Notes: generated by a model from the sequence alone, not told the origin. Counted from the stretch's first letter, positions 1 to 15,941 are shown. The stretch is DNA of 64,000 nucleotides from Callorhinchus milii (GCF_018977255.1 NW_024704743.1:17858001-17922000); one strand, 5' to 3'. Translations and numbers: made by a program.

Positions 1-1435
1 GGTAGCAATATAAGTCTCCTCCCATCTGTCCACGTGTCTTTCCTGGTTCCCCCTTACAATACAATACAAAATTACATTTGTTATAGAGCCTTTCACATCA
101 TGAGGACATCCCAATGCTCTTAGCATCAAAGGTCTCCACCCCCATCAATATGCCCTCACAATCCGCTTGCACAAAGCAATCACCAGCAGCTCAGTGTGTG
201 TGTGTGTGTGTGTGCACCCAGCACAGCCTTGCTCCCCTCCACCACCCCTCCTGCTCTCTCTCTCTCTCACACACACACACAAACCAATTCATTTCAAATG
301 AGAAGTTTGCACTCCATCAAATGCAGGCGAGCAATTCCTCTGATCGCTTTAGCACGGTTTCAAGCTGAGAATGGCTTACCAGCACAAACAGCAATCATTT
401 CCCCCCACTCAATGCACTCAGCAGACGGTCTTCCCACTACCTTGTGCTCTCCACCCGCTGCAGGAATGCTGCCTGCACGTCAATCACTCCACCCACCACT
501 GGCCAGCCTGCATTTTAGCTCCCAGTGTCTGAGGAGCAAGGGGAGGCGCACAAAATCCTTGCCTTTTTACACAATCCACCCCCCCCACACGCACACTAAC
601 AGCCTCTATTCCTTTTGCATACAGTTGTTTAAACGAACTCAGCATGCTTGAACCACCACAGCAACTTTGGGATGCCCTCCCGGGGTGAAAGGCGCTTAAC
701 GAAATGTAATGTTAAGCGCTCCCAGATGTTGCCCTGTGTGTGACGGGCGCTGTATACATGCAAGTTGTTGTTGTGATTTGTTGTTGCAACCGCAAAACAT
801 GATCGGGCTGAGGAGCATCTGGAAGAGAATGGTCCTAAGTTTGCACCCGTAGCATTAACTTCTCGTTCTCTCTTAGATGCTAATTTACACACTGTGAATT
901 TGTACTCTTCTTTCAGGTTTCCGGCTTTTTTCTCATCTTCCGGAAAGTCACTGCAGCAAATTGAAAATTTGCACAACTAATGCACAATCAATCAACAGAA
1001 TCCATAAGAGCAGTTTCTTCTATGTGCACATATGCAAAGGAGGGAGCACTCTTAATAATAATCCCTCATGACAAAAATTTATAAAATTGGTCACTTCAAT
1101 CCATGACTTTTTGTGGGACACTGCTGTCAAATGTTGTGACTATTTGGAGGCAAACATAGCAGCTATTTTGCGAAGAACAAATTCACACAAACAGCTATTA
1201 ATTGAATGATTGATCGCAGAAAGTCATCAGTGACTTTGGCCTCCTTCTGAGGTGTAAAGTTATGTTATTCAATGATCATAATTGTTTTTCAAAATGCATT
1301 GTTTTGGAAGAATTAGAAAGGATACCACAACTAAATTGATAGTTGGAATTAATAAAAATAATAATTCTTGAATTTGATATAGCGCCTTATCAAGTCTTCG
1401 AGACATCTCAAAGCGCTTCATAGAATATATTGTAA

Positions 1436-2058
1436 ACAACAATAACAAAATTACATTTGTATAGCGCCTTTCACGTTGGGAGGATGACCCAAGGCGCTGG
1501 ACAGTCAGTGTTTCGGACCCAAGCTGGGGTTTGGGATTGGGGAGGGTGGAGGGCAGGGGGAGAAGCAGGGTGACCGAAGGCACGGTCAAAGAGGAGGATC
1601 TTGAGACAGGTCTTGACGGAGTCAAGGGAAGGTGTGAGGCGGACAGACTTCAGGATGGAGTTCCAGAGGGTGGGGACAGAGTGGCAGAAGGCCCGCCCAT
1701 TAATGGTGGGGCAAGCGAGGTGGGGGACGTGAAGCAGGCCGGAGCCTACTGAGCGGAGGGAGCGGGCAGGTTGGTAGGGGGTTAGGAGGTCGCAGAGGTA
1801 GAGGTGACCAAGGCCTCGGAGAGCTTTGAAGGTGAGGACCAGGATCTTGAACTGTATCCTCTGTGTGATGGGAAGCAGTGAAATTGGGCAAGGATGGGGG
1901 TGATAGGGTCACGGAGCCTGGTGCATGAGAGGAAATGGGCTGCAGAGTTCTCGATGCTCTGCAGCCTATGGAAGGTGGAGTTGGGGAGGCCGACAAGCAA
2001 GGAGTTTGAGTAGATGTTATGTTATGCCTGGATGCTATGAATGTGTGTATGAGGGTCT
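1436..2058 (-). mobile_element. L2 LINE 3' fragment
   Basis: 3' tail ...aacgtgaaaggcgctatacaaatgtaa(tttg)n and RT C-terminal remnant (LLVGLPNS..RLQ..NSAA). Confidence 0.88.
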
Positions 2059-2329
2059 CGTGAATTGACTATATTTTGTTGGCAAATGCAGCAGCTAATT
2101 GCGCACAGCAATGTCCACAAACAGCTGTGGATTGAATGACCAAATTATTATTAATACATGTGTTATAAGTAATAGTTACAGAACCTGGGAACATAACACT
2201 GGATGTGACAAGAGAAAGCTCAGAGAAGATCTTATTGACATATTGACAAGAACCTATAGAATATCAATAAACTAAATTTTAATAATGTTTAACATGGCTG
2301 TAAATTCTGCTACAAGTGAATATGAATTC

Positions 2330-2610
2330 AAGCTCCAAGGAAGGAATGTGAACAGCTTAATGGTGAATATGTGGAACAGATGGTAGGCAGTGGAGGCATA
2401 TTGTGTCAGCAAATTAAGAGGGGTGAAGAAATGGATTGAGGTGTATGAGACATAATGATAGATAATTATTTGAGGAGGACAAGTTTGCAGAGCTATGGGG
2501 AGAGAGCAGGGGAGTGGGATTGAATTGGATAGCTCTTTTCAAAAAGCCGGCACAGACATTACGGGCCGAACGGCCTCCTTCTGTGCTGTGTAATTCTCTG
2601 ATTCTATGAA
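2330..2610 (+). mobile_element. Degenerate CR1-type LINE 3' end
   Basis: gggccgaacggcctccttctgtgctgt...attctatg tail typical of CR1 3' ends. Confidence 0.65.
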
Positions 2611-3119
2611 TGGTTTATTTGGAATAGAAATGGAATGAAAACTTGCCTAAGGTTTCGCTCTCCCTGGGAATCGAACCCAAGTCCTCTCGCTTGCGAGGCA
2701 AGTGGTCTAACCGATACACTACAGGACTCTACAGATATCATGTGATACAGAATCACTTAAGTTCAAAATTACATATTACAGCAGTGCTCCAGATCCAATC
2801 TCATATTTAATCCGTGAGAACCTGCTGCAGTCTGCTAAAAAACGTGGCACTGAATGGAATACAAGTGCCCATGTGTTGCCACACATTTATCAGAACGAAT
2901 AATAGGTTGAAGCGTGATTCGAATGAGTAACACATCTTGAGGTTAAGATGACATTGATAAGGTTTGGAACATGCCTCATTTCCTTGAACTGTTACTGCTT
3001 TGGAGGATACTGCAGGCTATGCGTTGCCCTATATACAACTAGCTGGATGCAAATCAGGAGACATTGCATTCTTTTACGTAACTGAAAGAATCTTGGTCAT
3101 GTACCAATAACAACAGGAG

Positions 3120-3675
3120 GGTCTTCCCAACTCCTCCCTCCACAGGCTGCAGATAATCCAGAACTCTGCAGCCCGTGTCCTCTCCCGCACCAAACTCCGT
3201 GACCCCATCTCCCCCACTCTCGCCCGACTCCACTGGCTCCCTATCCTTCAGAGGATCCAGTTCGAGATCCTAGTCCTCACATACAAAGCCCTCCATGGCC
3301 TCGCCCCACCCTAGCTCTGCAACCTCCTAACCCCCTACCAACCCACCCGTTCCCTCCGCTCAGCCGGCTCTGGCCTGCTCCACATCCCCCGACCCACCCG
3401 ACCCACCATTGGCGGGAGAGCCTTCAGCCACTCTGCCCCCAACCTCTGAAATTCCATCCCCCAGTCACTCTGCCTCGTGCTCCTCCTTAGCCTCTTTCAA
3501 GTCCCACCTAAAGACCCTCCGCTTCGATCATGCCATCGGCCACCCCCCTTCCCCTCCCCTCCCTTACCCACCCAACCCCAGCTCAGGTCTGAAATACTGT
3601 ACTCTGTCCAGCGCCTTGGGACGTCCTCCCGACGTGAAAAGTGCTATACAAATGTAAACTTGTTGTTATTGTTGT
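3120..3675 (+). mobile_element. L2 LINE 3' fragment
   Basis: Ends in gggacgtcctcccgacgtgaaaagtgctatacaaatgtaa plus (ttg)n; LQIIQNSAARVL remnant. Confidence 0.9.
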
Positions 3676-6600
3676 CTTGTCTGATATACTCTGCGCTGTA
3701 ATTAACCAGATAACCCTCTGGATAAAGAATTGCTTAACCAACAGCTATATATCTTAGGGTAATCCTCTAAAGGGGAAGTTGTAAACAAAGGTAACAACAA
3801 CTGGACTTGCCTATATGAACTGGTGAGTGATGGTGTTCAAAATATAGCCGTTTTAGGTCAAAATGAGATCTTTACTGAGATATATAAAATAATAAAAGAC
3901 ATAATTAAAGACTGTTGGTCAGGAAAAGGAGACCCAAGTGAAACAGAGAACTGGCTGCCAATCAAATGAGGACACGAGAATTAACAGAACACCAAACTAG
4001 GGAACAGACCTGGCAAGTAAATGGGGGCAAGAATCAGAACAAAACAAGTGTTCATGCAAGATAAGACAGTGACATGAAGAGATATAGATATGGAACAAAC
4101 CAGCAAAGTGGTTAGAAGAGAAAGAACCAAAGCAAGCATTGATATGCAAACATTGAAATGCAGCTCTGAACTGAGCTACCCTGAGGCACTGTGTGAAACC
4201 CATCATAAGTCCCTTCATATCAATCCAGGAATATAATATCTAAATAAGCAGTGACCTTGATCCGCTCTGTCCTATATTCTCATGGTTAGTCCAGTACAAC
4301 GCAGACTTGCTGCTGTTGTGGAGGCAAGGGACTAGTATCTGTGACCTTACATATCTGTATCCGTGTCTAGATTCTAGATATATTTTCACACAAAACACAA
4401 AGATATGTGTGTGCGTGTCCAACACCATTTGGATATCACATCCTGTGTTGTCAGTTTATGGAAGTAGTTGCACAGATATTGAGATGTGATGAATTGAGGA
4501 AATGTATTAAGAAAATTGGATGGTGTATGTTGGGGAGAACAGAATTAGGGTCAGCTGTATCACCCCATTGCAGGAGTTTCAGCCAAAGTGGGAGCTGGGC
4601 CAGGACCTAGAATCTACACCTGTGGAGAGGAGTGTGAGGTGGAGGGATTGAGTCAGAGGGCTAAAGGCCCTTATCCTCTGACACACCAAATTCCACGTAC
4701 TCCACTGACACCCTATCTCCGAACAGATCAACTTCAAGATCCTCAACTTCACACACAAATCCCTTCATGCCCCAGCACTTCCCTACCTCTCTGACTTGCT
4801 CGTATCTCACTCCTCTGCCCACCCTATTCATTCAGTTACTACAAGCCTACTGCACTGACCTGACCCCGCCACCCCACCTTTGATGGCCATGCCTTCAGCC
4901 ACAAAGCCAATGTCTGGTTCAATCTCTCTGCCTCTCCGCTCTTTATCTATTTAAATCCCACCTAAAGACCTACCTTTTCAACCACATCTACGGGTACCTC
5001 CCCTTCTCTCTTGCTCAGAATCCAAGCCCTCCTCTGTGCAGAGCTCCAAGACACTATCCTGTATGAAGGGCATTATATAAATGCAAGTTGTTATTATATT
5101 CTACACCTGCTGATTTTCAAGAAAAAAAACTCCTGGTGAAAAGAATAGACCACACATAAATCTTTCCTTCAAAAAAATATTCAAAAGAGAGAGATGTCAA
5201 AGGATACTGATTCTTTAGGTAAGTTGAGTTCTTTAGGTAAGTTGAGTTCAAACTATACCAACAGAACCACAATAGATATTGATATTGTTCTCTAGCTCCC
5301 ATTCTAGCTTGTGATATCTGCCAGTTGTTTACTTTTCTGATTAGAAACTGACAAGGAGTCTGTCATGAATGCGATGTGTAAATTATTCATAATATTCATG
5401 CGTTTCGAGACTGCTGTAATTTCCTGCTTCAGTACCCTTTCCGAAAAAGGGATATGGAACCAGTTTCTTGAAATCTAGATAAGTACTCTGCTAGGCAGGT
5501 TCATGTGATGAGAGAAATTCGAGGGCTAATTGAATCATATTCATGATTACATGTGAATAAGATTAAATTCCTAAATTCTTAGCCTGCAAAAGCATTTTGT
5601 TCTACAATTTAAAATGTCTAGCAGAATTGCGCAACATAATAATAATCCTTGCATTAAATATTGCACCTTTCATGACATGAGGTTGTCTCAAAGAATGTTT
5701 ATTGGATTCACTACGTAACGTATTTTGTAGGTGAGCAAAATGCTTAAATTTAGTCTTAATTTGGAGGCAGTTTTTTCACATTTCTGAAAAAGAAGACTTT
5801 CACCACTGAGACTAAATTTCCACAATGCTATTAGGTAAATATTAAGAAAAAAATGACCTTATAACAACAACAAAGTACATTTATATAGCGTCTTTCACGC
5901 CGGGAGGACGTCACAAGGTGTTGGACAGTCAGGGATTTGGATCCAAGCTGGGGGTTGGGATCAGGAAGCGTGGAGGGCAGCGAGGGTGGGGATAGGAGGG
6001 AGGGGTATAGGCTAAGATTAAATGGAATTTTGGCCCCCTGGTTCCTTAAAACTGATAGTTTTGAGCTTTTAGGTTTATGGAAATCATGTTGGCTTAAATG
6101 TCTGATGGAATGATTTAGTACAATTCAGTTCAACATGTGTACTGGCAAGATTAGACACTAGATTCGATCATAGGTCAAAGTTTAGATTTACAGTGCTCCA
6201 ATATTGCTCAATGAAAGTAAATAATGTGACTCAGCAGGATCCTTGGCGTAACATAAATTGCTCAGTTGCCTTTTTAAGGGCTTATTTTCCTAATATGAGT
6301 TTTCAGTTGTTCATTTTGCCTCACGGGATGTCGACATTTCTATACTTTTTTCACTGGAAGACACAGCTGTGACAAAATTACATCTGTTGTGCTTGCATAA
6401 TTTAACATCTTGTTGGTCGATTGACTGCATCCTAGTTTACTATAATTTACGTGGAACAGTCGCAGTGATTGTGTACCTACTTAGAATAACCTGCATACTT
6501 ACAGAAAGGATTGCTGCTTAGATCTGACTGAAACGTGCATTTTGACTGAACTGTATACACCTGGGCCCTGGGTTCTAGGCAAACATGCCCTCGTACTAAA

Positions 6601-8363
6601 TGTGAAGCACTATATTAATTATGGTACTGTTGCATAACAAATAAATAACATATAAATGATAAATTTGAAATAACGTATATAATGACAAACTAACTCAAAG
6701 TACTTTGCATTAATTACTGTTAAGTTTCGTGACTGTTAAGTGTAGTGAGAGAAACATAGGAACCAATTAACAAACAACGTCCCACAAACATCCAGGAGGT
6801 GAAAGTCAATAACAATTTACACTTATATCATGCCTTTAAACATAGGAAAACACCTCAAAATGGTTTAGAATGATGGATTGAAGCCCAAGTTGGAAAGGAG
6901 AAGCTGGGTGAGAGGAGGGAGCTGCAAGCACAGTCAAAGAGATAGGTTTTTAGACAGGTTTTGAAAGCAAAGAGGCCACGATTTTGTGTTGCAGTCCTGG
7001 AGTCAGCATTTGAGCTCTGCTTCACTGGATACCAAATGTCCAATTGTGAGGTTAGTGTCCTATTTTTAGCAAAACTCAAAACACAGTCTCTGTGATCAGG
7101 ACCATCAGCAACAACAAATTGCATTTACAGAGCACCTTTCATTTTGGGAGGGCATCCCAAAGCACTGCACAATCAGGGGTTTGCACCCAAACTGGGGGTT
7201 GGAATAAAGAGTGTCGGAGGGTGCAATATGACGAATGGCACAGTCAAAGAGGAAGGGCCTTAAAGGAGGTAAGGGAAGGGGTGAGGCGAAGGAATGGAGA
7301 TCCAGAGGGTGAGGTCAGAAGGGCTGAAAGCCCGACACCGATGGTGGGGGACACGGAGCAGGCTAGTACCCGCTGAGCAAAGGGAGCGCTTAGGCTGGTA
7401 TGGTTTCAGCAGGTCGCAGAAGTAGGGAGAAGCAGACATCTTTGGGGCAAACTATCATGCTGAATTGGGGAGTGGGGGCAAGGGTTTTGTTCTAAAAATG
7501 GATAGAAAAATGTAACATTTTATACCAGATTTAATAAAAGAGACAATAATTTTTGAATGTTATGAAATATCACACTTTCACCTCACGGTGTTACTTGCCA
7601 CATGTTATTATCATAAAAGTGATGAATCATTCTATTGTTTCTTCCCTTTCTTAAAATAAAAAGATTGTTAAACAATGTTCAGTCATTGTCCCTATGGGTA
7701 ATAAGAGTAACAATTCATTCCGCATTTCTTCATGAGCCACAAAACAGGTTTTCACTTTATCGCACTGAATAACTAGACACTGAAATAAAGCCATTAAAAG
7801 TTTCGAAGTACTGGATTTCCAGCAAGTGTTAGTTAAATTAGTTCACTACTAAAGAAAATCTTTGGTTGACTTACTCACAGTAATGAAGGTATAACCCATT
7901 ACTGTGATTCAGAAAGGAGATGTCAGCCATCAAAAAGAAACACACAAATACATGGATACTAAAATAAATCTGTCTCTTTTATTGGATAACAATATTTTTT
8001 TCTTACAACACATAATATATAAATTCAGAAACCAACTTAAAACGTCTAGAAACTTACTGAAGCACGTTTATTATATACAATATATAAAAGCACATATATA
8101 CATTATTATTATTATTATTACATTATATATGGAGGCCTCGAGGGACTACAATTGTGTTAGTCCCATTCTCCTTTTGCCAGGTGAGTTCTCTCTGTGATTG
8201 CAATGTTCCACGTTTAACCAAATGATAATAATAGTAATAATAAAATTCATAAAAAATAAAAAACTAGTGAGCAAGTAAGGAGGAAACATAGTCTAAGATA
8301 GTCAGAAAATAAGTGCTCAGTCAATGAATTTAACCAGATCAGAGCATGAAGCAGCTCTGCTGA

Positions 8364-8665
8364 TAATAATAATCCTTACATTTTGATATAGCACTTTTTA
8401 CATCTTCTAGACGTCTCAAAGCACTACACAGAATATACTGCAAAGTGAACTGACTCGATATTTGTGGGAGAAACACGGCAACCAATTGTGGACAGCAGTG
8501 TCCCACAAACAGTCGTGGATTGAGTAACCAAATTATTATTGTTTTTTTGAGGGATTATCTTCAGGCATGTAAAGTAAGGAAACTTGCCCAAGGTTTTGAC
8601 CTGCCGGGAATCAAACCCAGGTCTCTCGCTTGTGAAGCAAGTGATCTAACCACTGAGCTACAGAA
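8364..8665 (-). mobile_element. tRNA-headed SINE
   Basis: Head, body and (att)n tail present. Confidence 0.85.
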
Positions 8666-9705
8666 CTTAACTTTCACATTCCTTTTAATTTTAACAGCCA
8701 GGTTTGTCAACACCGAGGGGGGGGAAGGAGTGGGCTCAAAATGAATGACAAATAATATTATACAGATCTTGTCCACTCAGTAAAGTACAGCATCTTTATT
8801 TGTAATTCTAGGCATTATATATAAAATGGAGACTACGTGGGGACAACATTCAGTTACACTACACATTTATTGTAAAACTCATATACTCAATACAACAACA
8901 AATACAAATTGTATTTATATAGACTTTTTCATGCCAGGAGGATGTCCCAAGGCACTGGACAATCAAGCTTTCACCCAAGCTGGCGATTAGATTTGGAAAG
9001 GTGGGAGCCAAAGCACAGTCAAGGAGAAAGGTCTTTAGACAGACTTGAAGGAGGTGAGTGAAGGAGCGAAGTGAAGGGACTCCGGGATGGAGTTCCAGAG
9101 AGTGGGAACAGATAGGCTGAAAAACTTCCATGGTGGAGCGGGCAGGGCAGTCGATGTAAAGCAAGTCAGGTCAGTGCTTGCCAAGCATATCAAACATACA
9201 ATACAAAAGCAAATTTTGCATAGCTGCAAAATTTTCAGTCAGAATAGCTGACGGAAAATTGCAAAGCTATTCCAAAATTGCAAAGCTAATCCAATGCATT
9301 ATTTGTGGTCAGCTGGGAGTCCAACACACAGAAATCCCTTGCTGTGCTTAGAATTCCCCAGTTCCAGCTGTTCAGAACTCATAAAAACAGAGTTTCCAAC
9401 TGCCAGTTCTGGAGTGGTCTCTCTCCCTCGGCGGAGGGAGCAAGGCATCCTGCTTTCTTATGTACAGGGAACGCAAGGCAGGTTCTGCTGGAATTGAACT
9501 AGCTGAAACTAAGAAATTGATCAGCATTGAGTTACTTGCCTATCTGAATTTTCCCATTAGACCATTGGCTTTGCAAGGTACCAGAAGCCAAACAGAAGAA
9601 ATCATGTTCCACAGCCATCTGTTTGCCTCTTCAAATCTCATTGGAGATTTAGGTTTGTCAAGCATCAACCAGCAGGATTGCAGACATGCCTCCCATAGGT
9701 ATTGG

Positions 9706-9920
9706 CCTAATAATAATCCCTCCAAAACCAAAAACAATAATAAATTGGTCATTTTCAATCTACGACTGTTTGTGGGACATTGCTGTGCGCAATTGGCTGC
9801 CGCGTTCGCCCACAAATGTACAGTCAATTCACTTTGCAGTGTGTTCTGTGAAGCGCTTTGGGACGTCCTCCCGACATGAAAAGCGCTATATAAAATGCAA
9901 GGATTATTATTATTATTATT
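9706..9920 (+). mobile_element. 5'-truncated SINE of the same family
   Basis: Body and tail match; no tRNA head. Confidence 0.88.
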
Positions 9921-10849
9921 GAATAACCAAGTGCACTGCAAAGGGTTGACTCTTCTCTGGCTGTTATAATGGAGCCAAAGAGCCATTTTTTCCCGTCCCT
10001 TCCAAGATGTATAGTCACAAGACTGAAGCGGGTTAAACAGCTGACAAGCACAAGCTTGAACTCTTGACGAAAGGAAAGCTGATGTCATGAATCCCTCCTA
10101 AGTCACGTGGTGAGCAACACAACTCAACTGTGTTGTCCGTGTGTTGCCATCATTTTCCAGACTATGAGGACACACGTTGTAACCCATCAAACAGTGTCTA
10201 CTAGGCTGAAGTGCAAAGCTTCACCAAGAGTTCCTTATCATTCTGCATACCAACAAAGTTGGTACACCACCCAGTTGGTATCCAGATATTAGAGAATATG
10301 CTCACGATAGCACCTTTCAGATAATGCCTTCCAACAGCTGTTGTGACAAGCCTCAGGTTCTTTTTACGAACTTTTGACTTTTCTTTTGTATATTCTCTAA
10401 TCAGGAGTTCTATGCCAAATCCTAGAGGAAGAGATAGATCTAGATAGATCTTTCAGAGATCCAGCATACCCATGTTGGGTCTAATGGTCTGCTTCTAGGC
10501 TGTGAATAGCTGTGATTCTATGATTCTTAGGAAAGTCACATTCTCCTCTCCCCCAATCTCTCTCTCCTCCTCTCCTCCCCCCGCCTCTCTCTTCTCCTCC
10601 CCTTCAAATCTTCTCTCTCCTGATCAGCCTCGCGGGTCACTATCTGCAGCAGCAGGAGCCGGCAGTTGCTAAGGACGCGGTTGGTAAGAGATGCGCTTGC
10701 CTTCCTGTCAGAATGCAAGTAATATTTGCATTCTCCGTGCTGCGTCCTCCGAACCGCTGGCTCCTGCCACTGCCCTGGGAGGACGTTTGCCAGGGAGGGA
10801 GGGAGGGAGGGAGGGAGGGAGTGAGCGAGCGGAAGTTGGAATGTTGGAA

Positions 10850-10921
10850 ATGATCTCAGGCCGCATAAAATTACCCGCCGGGCCAGATGTGGCCCGCGGG
10901 CCGCCAGTTGGACCATTGCTG
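10850..10921 (-). mobile_element. hAT-Charlie-like transposon terminus
   Basis: Reverse complement reads cagcaatggtccaactggcggcccgcgggccacatctggcccg, a typical Charlie-type end. The element probably extends left to about 10540. Confidence 0.6.
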
Positions 10922-11802
10922 ACTTAATCAAAGTTACAAATGCAAAATGTAAACTTAATCTATGGTAATGAAGTATTTCTAAGATCTTTATATCTTCATA
11001 AATACTAGTTATTTCATTAATTTAAGAAAACAAAAATACAAAGCACTGAATAAAAGTAAACAATTTACAGTTTAGAAAATAGAATTCTATTAGTCTGAAT
11101 GAACCTGTTAATGTTGTATAACATCATTGGATTTTACTGAGGCCTTTATGTAATATTTAAGACTAGACACGGTCAGTGCATGCTGCTGAGATTAACTTCT
11201 GTGTATTTGTTAAATCTGGTGTTTGGTACACAATCTGCTTGAAATTGTGTTTTAGGAGAAACAATTGTGGGACGTCTCCCTTTAAAATAAATTAATGTTC
11301 CAAAAAGTATATAAAAAACAAGGTTTTTAGAATTCAAAACCATGTACTGACTTTTTCTCCTATAGTTTGAAGCACCATCAGTAAAATTAAATCAGGTTTA
11401 GTTTTAAAAAGCTTTTTTCTTATAAAAAGGACATTATATACGACAAAATTAAGTCTGTTTTTGTTTAGCATTGTTGACATCACCATATTCTATGATACCT
11501 ACCAAATGTTTCAGAGCAAATAACTGGACATATGATCAACAATATGAGAAATGAAAAAAAAATAATTGCTATGTTTGCATGCATATTGTACAGTGGCCAT
11601 GCCAAGCTTTGTAAATGTAAAAATTTGATTGCTGCATAGTTTTCATAAAGAGAATAGGACTAAGTAAAATGATGCTTCTCACAAAATGTGAGAGAAGCAG
11701 TGGCTTACTGCACATTCACATAAATCACAAATCAAACTCAGTTAGAAAATAGCAGCATTGGTAATTGTCCACTAAACTTCCACTGGAATTCATCCTCTTA
11801 AA

Positions 11803-12078
11803 TCAGACTTCATCTTCTGTTACATCATTGTTAAGAGGGGAATCCATTTTATGTTTTGTAGACAGATCCCACCCTCTTCGAATTTGAGCTAATTGATTTG
11901 CAAAGCATGGGAACATCAATACAGTTTTGCCTACCAAGACTAGAATAGGCAGAAAAACGGCAATCATAAATGTAGGAGGTGTGTACCAGACGAAGTAACT
12001 GAGGTCCACCCACTTTCTCCAGGCAAACACCAGAGCGTGCAAAGTACATAGTAGTAGTGCGCAATATCCCATCTTCGA
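11803..12078 (-). CDS. STEAP1: STEAP1 last coding exon ([20 protein letters not shown]...[16 protein letters not shown]...stop)
   Basis: Translation matches the STEAP1 C-terminal TM region, including the second heme His (TLHAL) and [10 protein letters not shown] acceptor at 12079-12080, TGA at 11803-11805; 276 bp, phase 0. Confidence 0.95.
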   Translation of the reverse strand, partial: SKMGYCALLLCTLHALVFAWRKWVDLSYFVWYTPPTFMIAVFLPILVLVGKTVLMFPCFANQLAQIRRGWDLSTKHKMDSPLNNDVTEDEV

Positions 12079-13464
12079 CTGTAACACACAGACATAGTAC
12101 AAAAATATTAATGTGCTTTTTTTTGGATACTTTAAAAAAAATACATTGTTTGAATATCAAAAACAGCTTTCCCATTATGCTGTATTAGACTACAATAAAA
12201 ACACTGTTTAAAGAGGAGGCTGGCATCTATTTTATCTAACTTACAATGAGATCTATTTTTATAAAAATAGCGATCTGCTTGTTTAATTGTTATAATCTTT
12301 ATAATGGGAAATAACATATTTATAATGGGATTTTCCATTAGAAAGATGTAACAGATTGTGATTTTAGCGATTTGTGTAGGATAGGCCCTAATAACAGCAA
12401 AATAAATCATGTGCTGCTACAAATCCTATACAACCTGTTACATTAATTCACATTATTACAATTCATTCGATTTTTTCTTGGTCTTTTCTGATCCCGTACA
12501 TTCATATTTTTCTATGAAACAATTTAAGTAACCAATCTGAAACCTTACGCATAGAAGTGCATACATATGATCTTCTGGCAAGTTAACAGCAATTTTACAA
12601 TAAATATGGATGTGAACAGGCCACAATAAGTTTTACCAGTGGGGCTTTCAGTTATGTACAGTTGTGGGCACTCCAGTAAAGGAGATATAAAAGCATCGGA
12701 AAAGGTGCGTTGTAGATTCATAGGAACGAACATGGAAAATTATGAAGAAGGGGAACCATTCAGTCCAACGAGGCTGTTTCATAGTTTATTAGATCTTGGT
12801 AGATCTTTAAAGCCCAATTCCCCATCCTTTCGCCACACCCCTTAATATTTCTATTACCCAAGTAGCTATCTATCGCTCCGTTAAATATTCCTATTGATTC
12901 TGCCCCTACTAAAATACCAATTTCCATAATCAAGAACAGCAATGGAGTCCTGCAATAAAATCATTGGATCCAGCCATTTTGCTGAGGCTGTCCCTGTGAA
13001 TAAACCCTTGAATGTCATTAGTTATTTTATGGCCTTTTGTTCTCGGAAGATTCACATATTTGCATCCTTTGACCTCTCTGTTCTTTAATATCATTAGCAT
13101 CTACACCATTTAGGATTTACTTTATTTCTTTAGTTCCCCTCACTCCCCACCTCCTTGCAAAATGTACCAATTTAAATTTCTCAACATTAAACTACATCTA
13201 CCATTGATCTGTACACTCTGCTCAGCAGTCTCTGTCATCCTACAATTTTCTTCTTCAGTTTGTTGTATCCCATAATTTTAATAATAAAAAATAATAATCA
13301 TTTGATCACTTCAATCCACGACTGTTTGTTGTACACTGATGTGCACAATTGGCTGCCGCGTTTTGTCCAGAAAATATTCTATGAAGCGCTTTGAGACTTC
13401 TCAACAACATGATAAAGTGTATATCAAATGCAAGGATTATTATTATTATTATTTTGTTTTACTA

Positions 13465-13641
<177 letters not shown>

Positions 13642-15359
13642 TTAAAATAAAACAATTTTATCTTTTAAGGCAAAATGGCATATACTGTCATATACCAAGC
13701 GGGGTTAACATTAAAGGTGGGTGGAACAGAAAATTTCTATGTTTCAATATTCTGGTTTGTCTTAAATCGCTTTGAGCATCATGGGAAGATGAATAAGCAG
13801 GTGGAGTAAAGGGAGCAAAGATCACAAAAGAGTAGATTTTTAAATCTTGTACGTAGGAGTGGGCCTGCTTGGTTCTAAAAGATTTTTTCTCATGCCATGC
13901 TTTGCTTTACTTATTTTAAGGCAAAGAATTAATTCACTTGCCATGATTAACCCGAAAAATATTTTCCCTTTAGGATTAAAGTTCTATTATAACCTGAGAA
14001 TTGTGGGTTAGATGCTAATACATTTTTATTAACCTAACCAAAAAAGGCAAATTCATTCTGAAAGGATAAGCTTGCTTTACAAATTCAGGTGACCTTAGTA
14101 CCGGTTCCCAGGCAAGGAATCAGATCCTATTTGCATGGCTGAGATTATACAAACTGAGAAACAATCATACATTGATTTTATGGGAAGTGACAGAACCACA
14201 AAACAATAAGTAGTTCACATGAATTTTATGTATGCTAGTTTAAATGTTGTAAGCATTGGTGAAGCAGATTTGCTGATATCTCATAGACATCCACAGAATC
14301 ACAATTAAATGAAAAAGCTATTCAGCATTTCCATTCAGTCTAGTATTTAGGTCCTTATACAAGTACATAATGATGATTTTCATCCCCTGCTTGCTTTGGC
14401 ACTAAGCCTATATCCCTATATTGCATATTTAATCGGGAATCCAACCCTCACAATGTACTAATGTGGGCTGCATTCATGGTTTAAGATTCCTAGTTGATTA
14501 AATTAAATATACCAAAACTTGAATATTTAAAAATTCTGAAACATTTCCCGGGTAGGGAAAAATCTCAGCCCCGAAAATATGGTACTTCTTACAATACACA
14601 GTATGACATACACTGCCTTCCACAGCACTGATAAAATAAATCAGTAAATCAGAACAAAAATTCCAGGGGGGGGGTCAACAACATAGGAAAGTGAAGAATA
14701 ATAATGCCTTTTCACCAACCAAGCCTAATCCTTTCAATAGAGGAGCAAAGGCGTTTTAGAATGATTTGGGGAAATATTCCACCTGGGTTTAGGTTTGCTC
14801 TATCTATGTAACGATTTAGAGTGGCTAGAATCTGACAAACTATTGAATTCAACCTCAACTTTGAAGCCGTTTTTCTGTAGTTCGTAGAACGACGACAGAA
14901 AAAGTTACAAAATATAACACTGTATTTAAGAATTTGCCAAATTCTCGACAATCTAAAATGCTGTATAAATAGAGTAAATCTAAACATAAGTGGAATGTTT
15001 TACCCAGTTGTGAGGTGTTGAGTGAAAGTGAAACACTTTCAAACAGAGATAAGGGATGGTACAGATTAACCTAAAGTTAAAGAAAGTATGGCAAGGCAAT
15101 GTGCACTATATTTCAGGAAGTATGAGATGCAGCAAATTGATAATGAGTCATTTATATATAGTTTTATATATAATATAATATATAATTATAATATATTGTA
15201 AACCTCACATAAGTAGTATCAGTTGGGAACCATACACTTAATATGAATTATTATGCAATGTATGAGTTATGTCAAACTTGCATAGAATGTAAGCTCTTGA
15301 ATGGGACTTAGGCAGATGTACGACTTAGGCAATTATACTATTTATACAGATCAGACTTA

Positions 15360-15941
<582 letters not shown>

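Noticed and set aside
5211..5248. Short direct duplications (18 bp here; similar at about 9256-9293 and 40016-40066)
   Set aside because: Ordinary local slippage duplications with no further structure.
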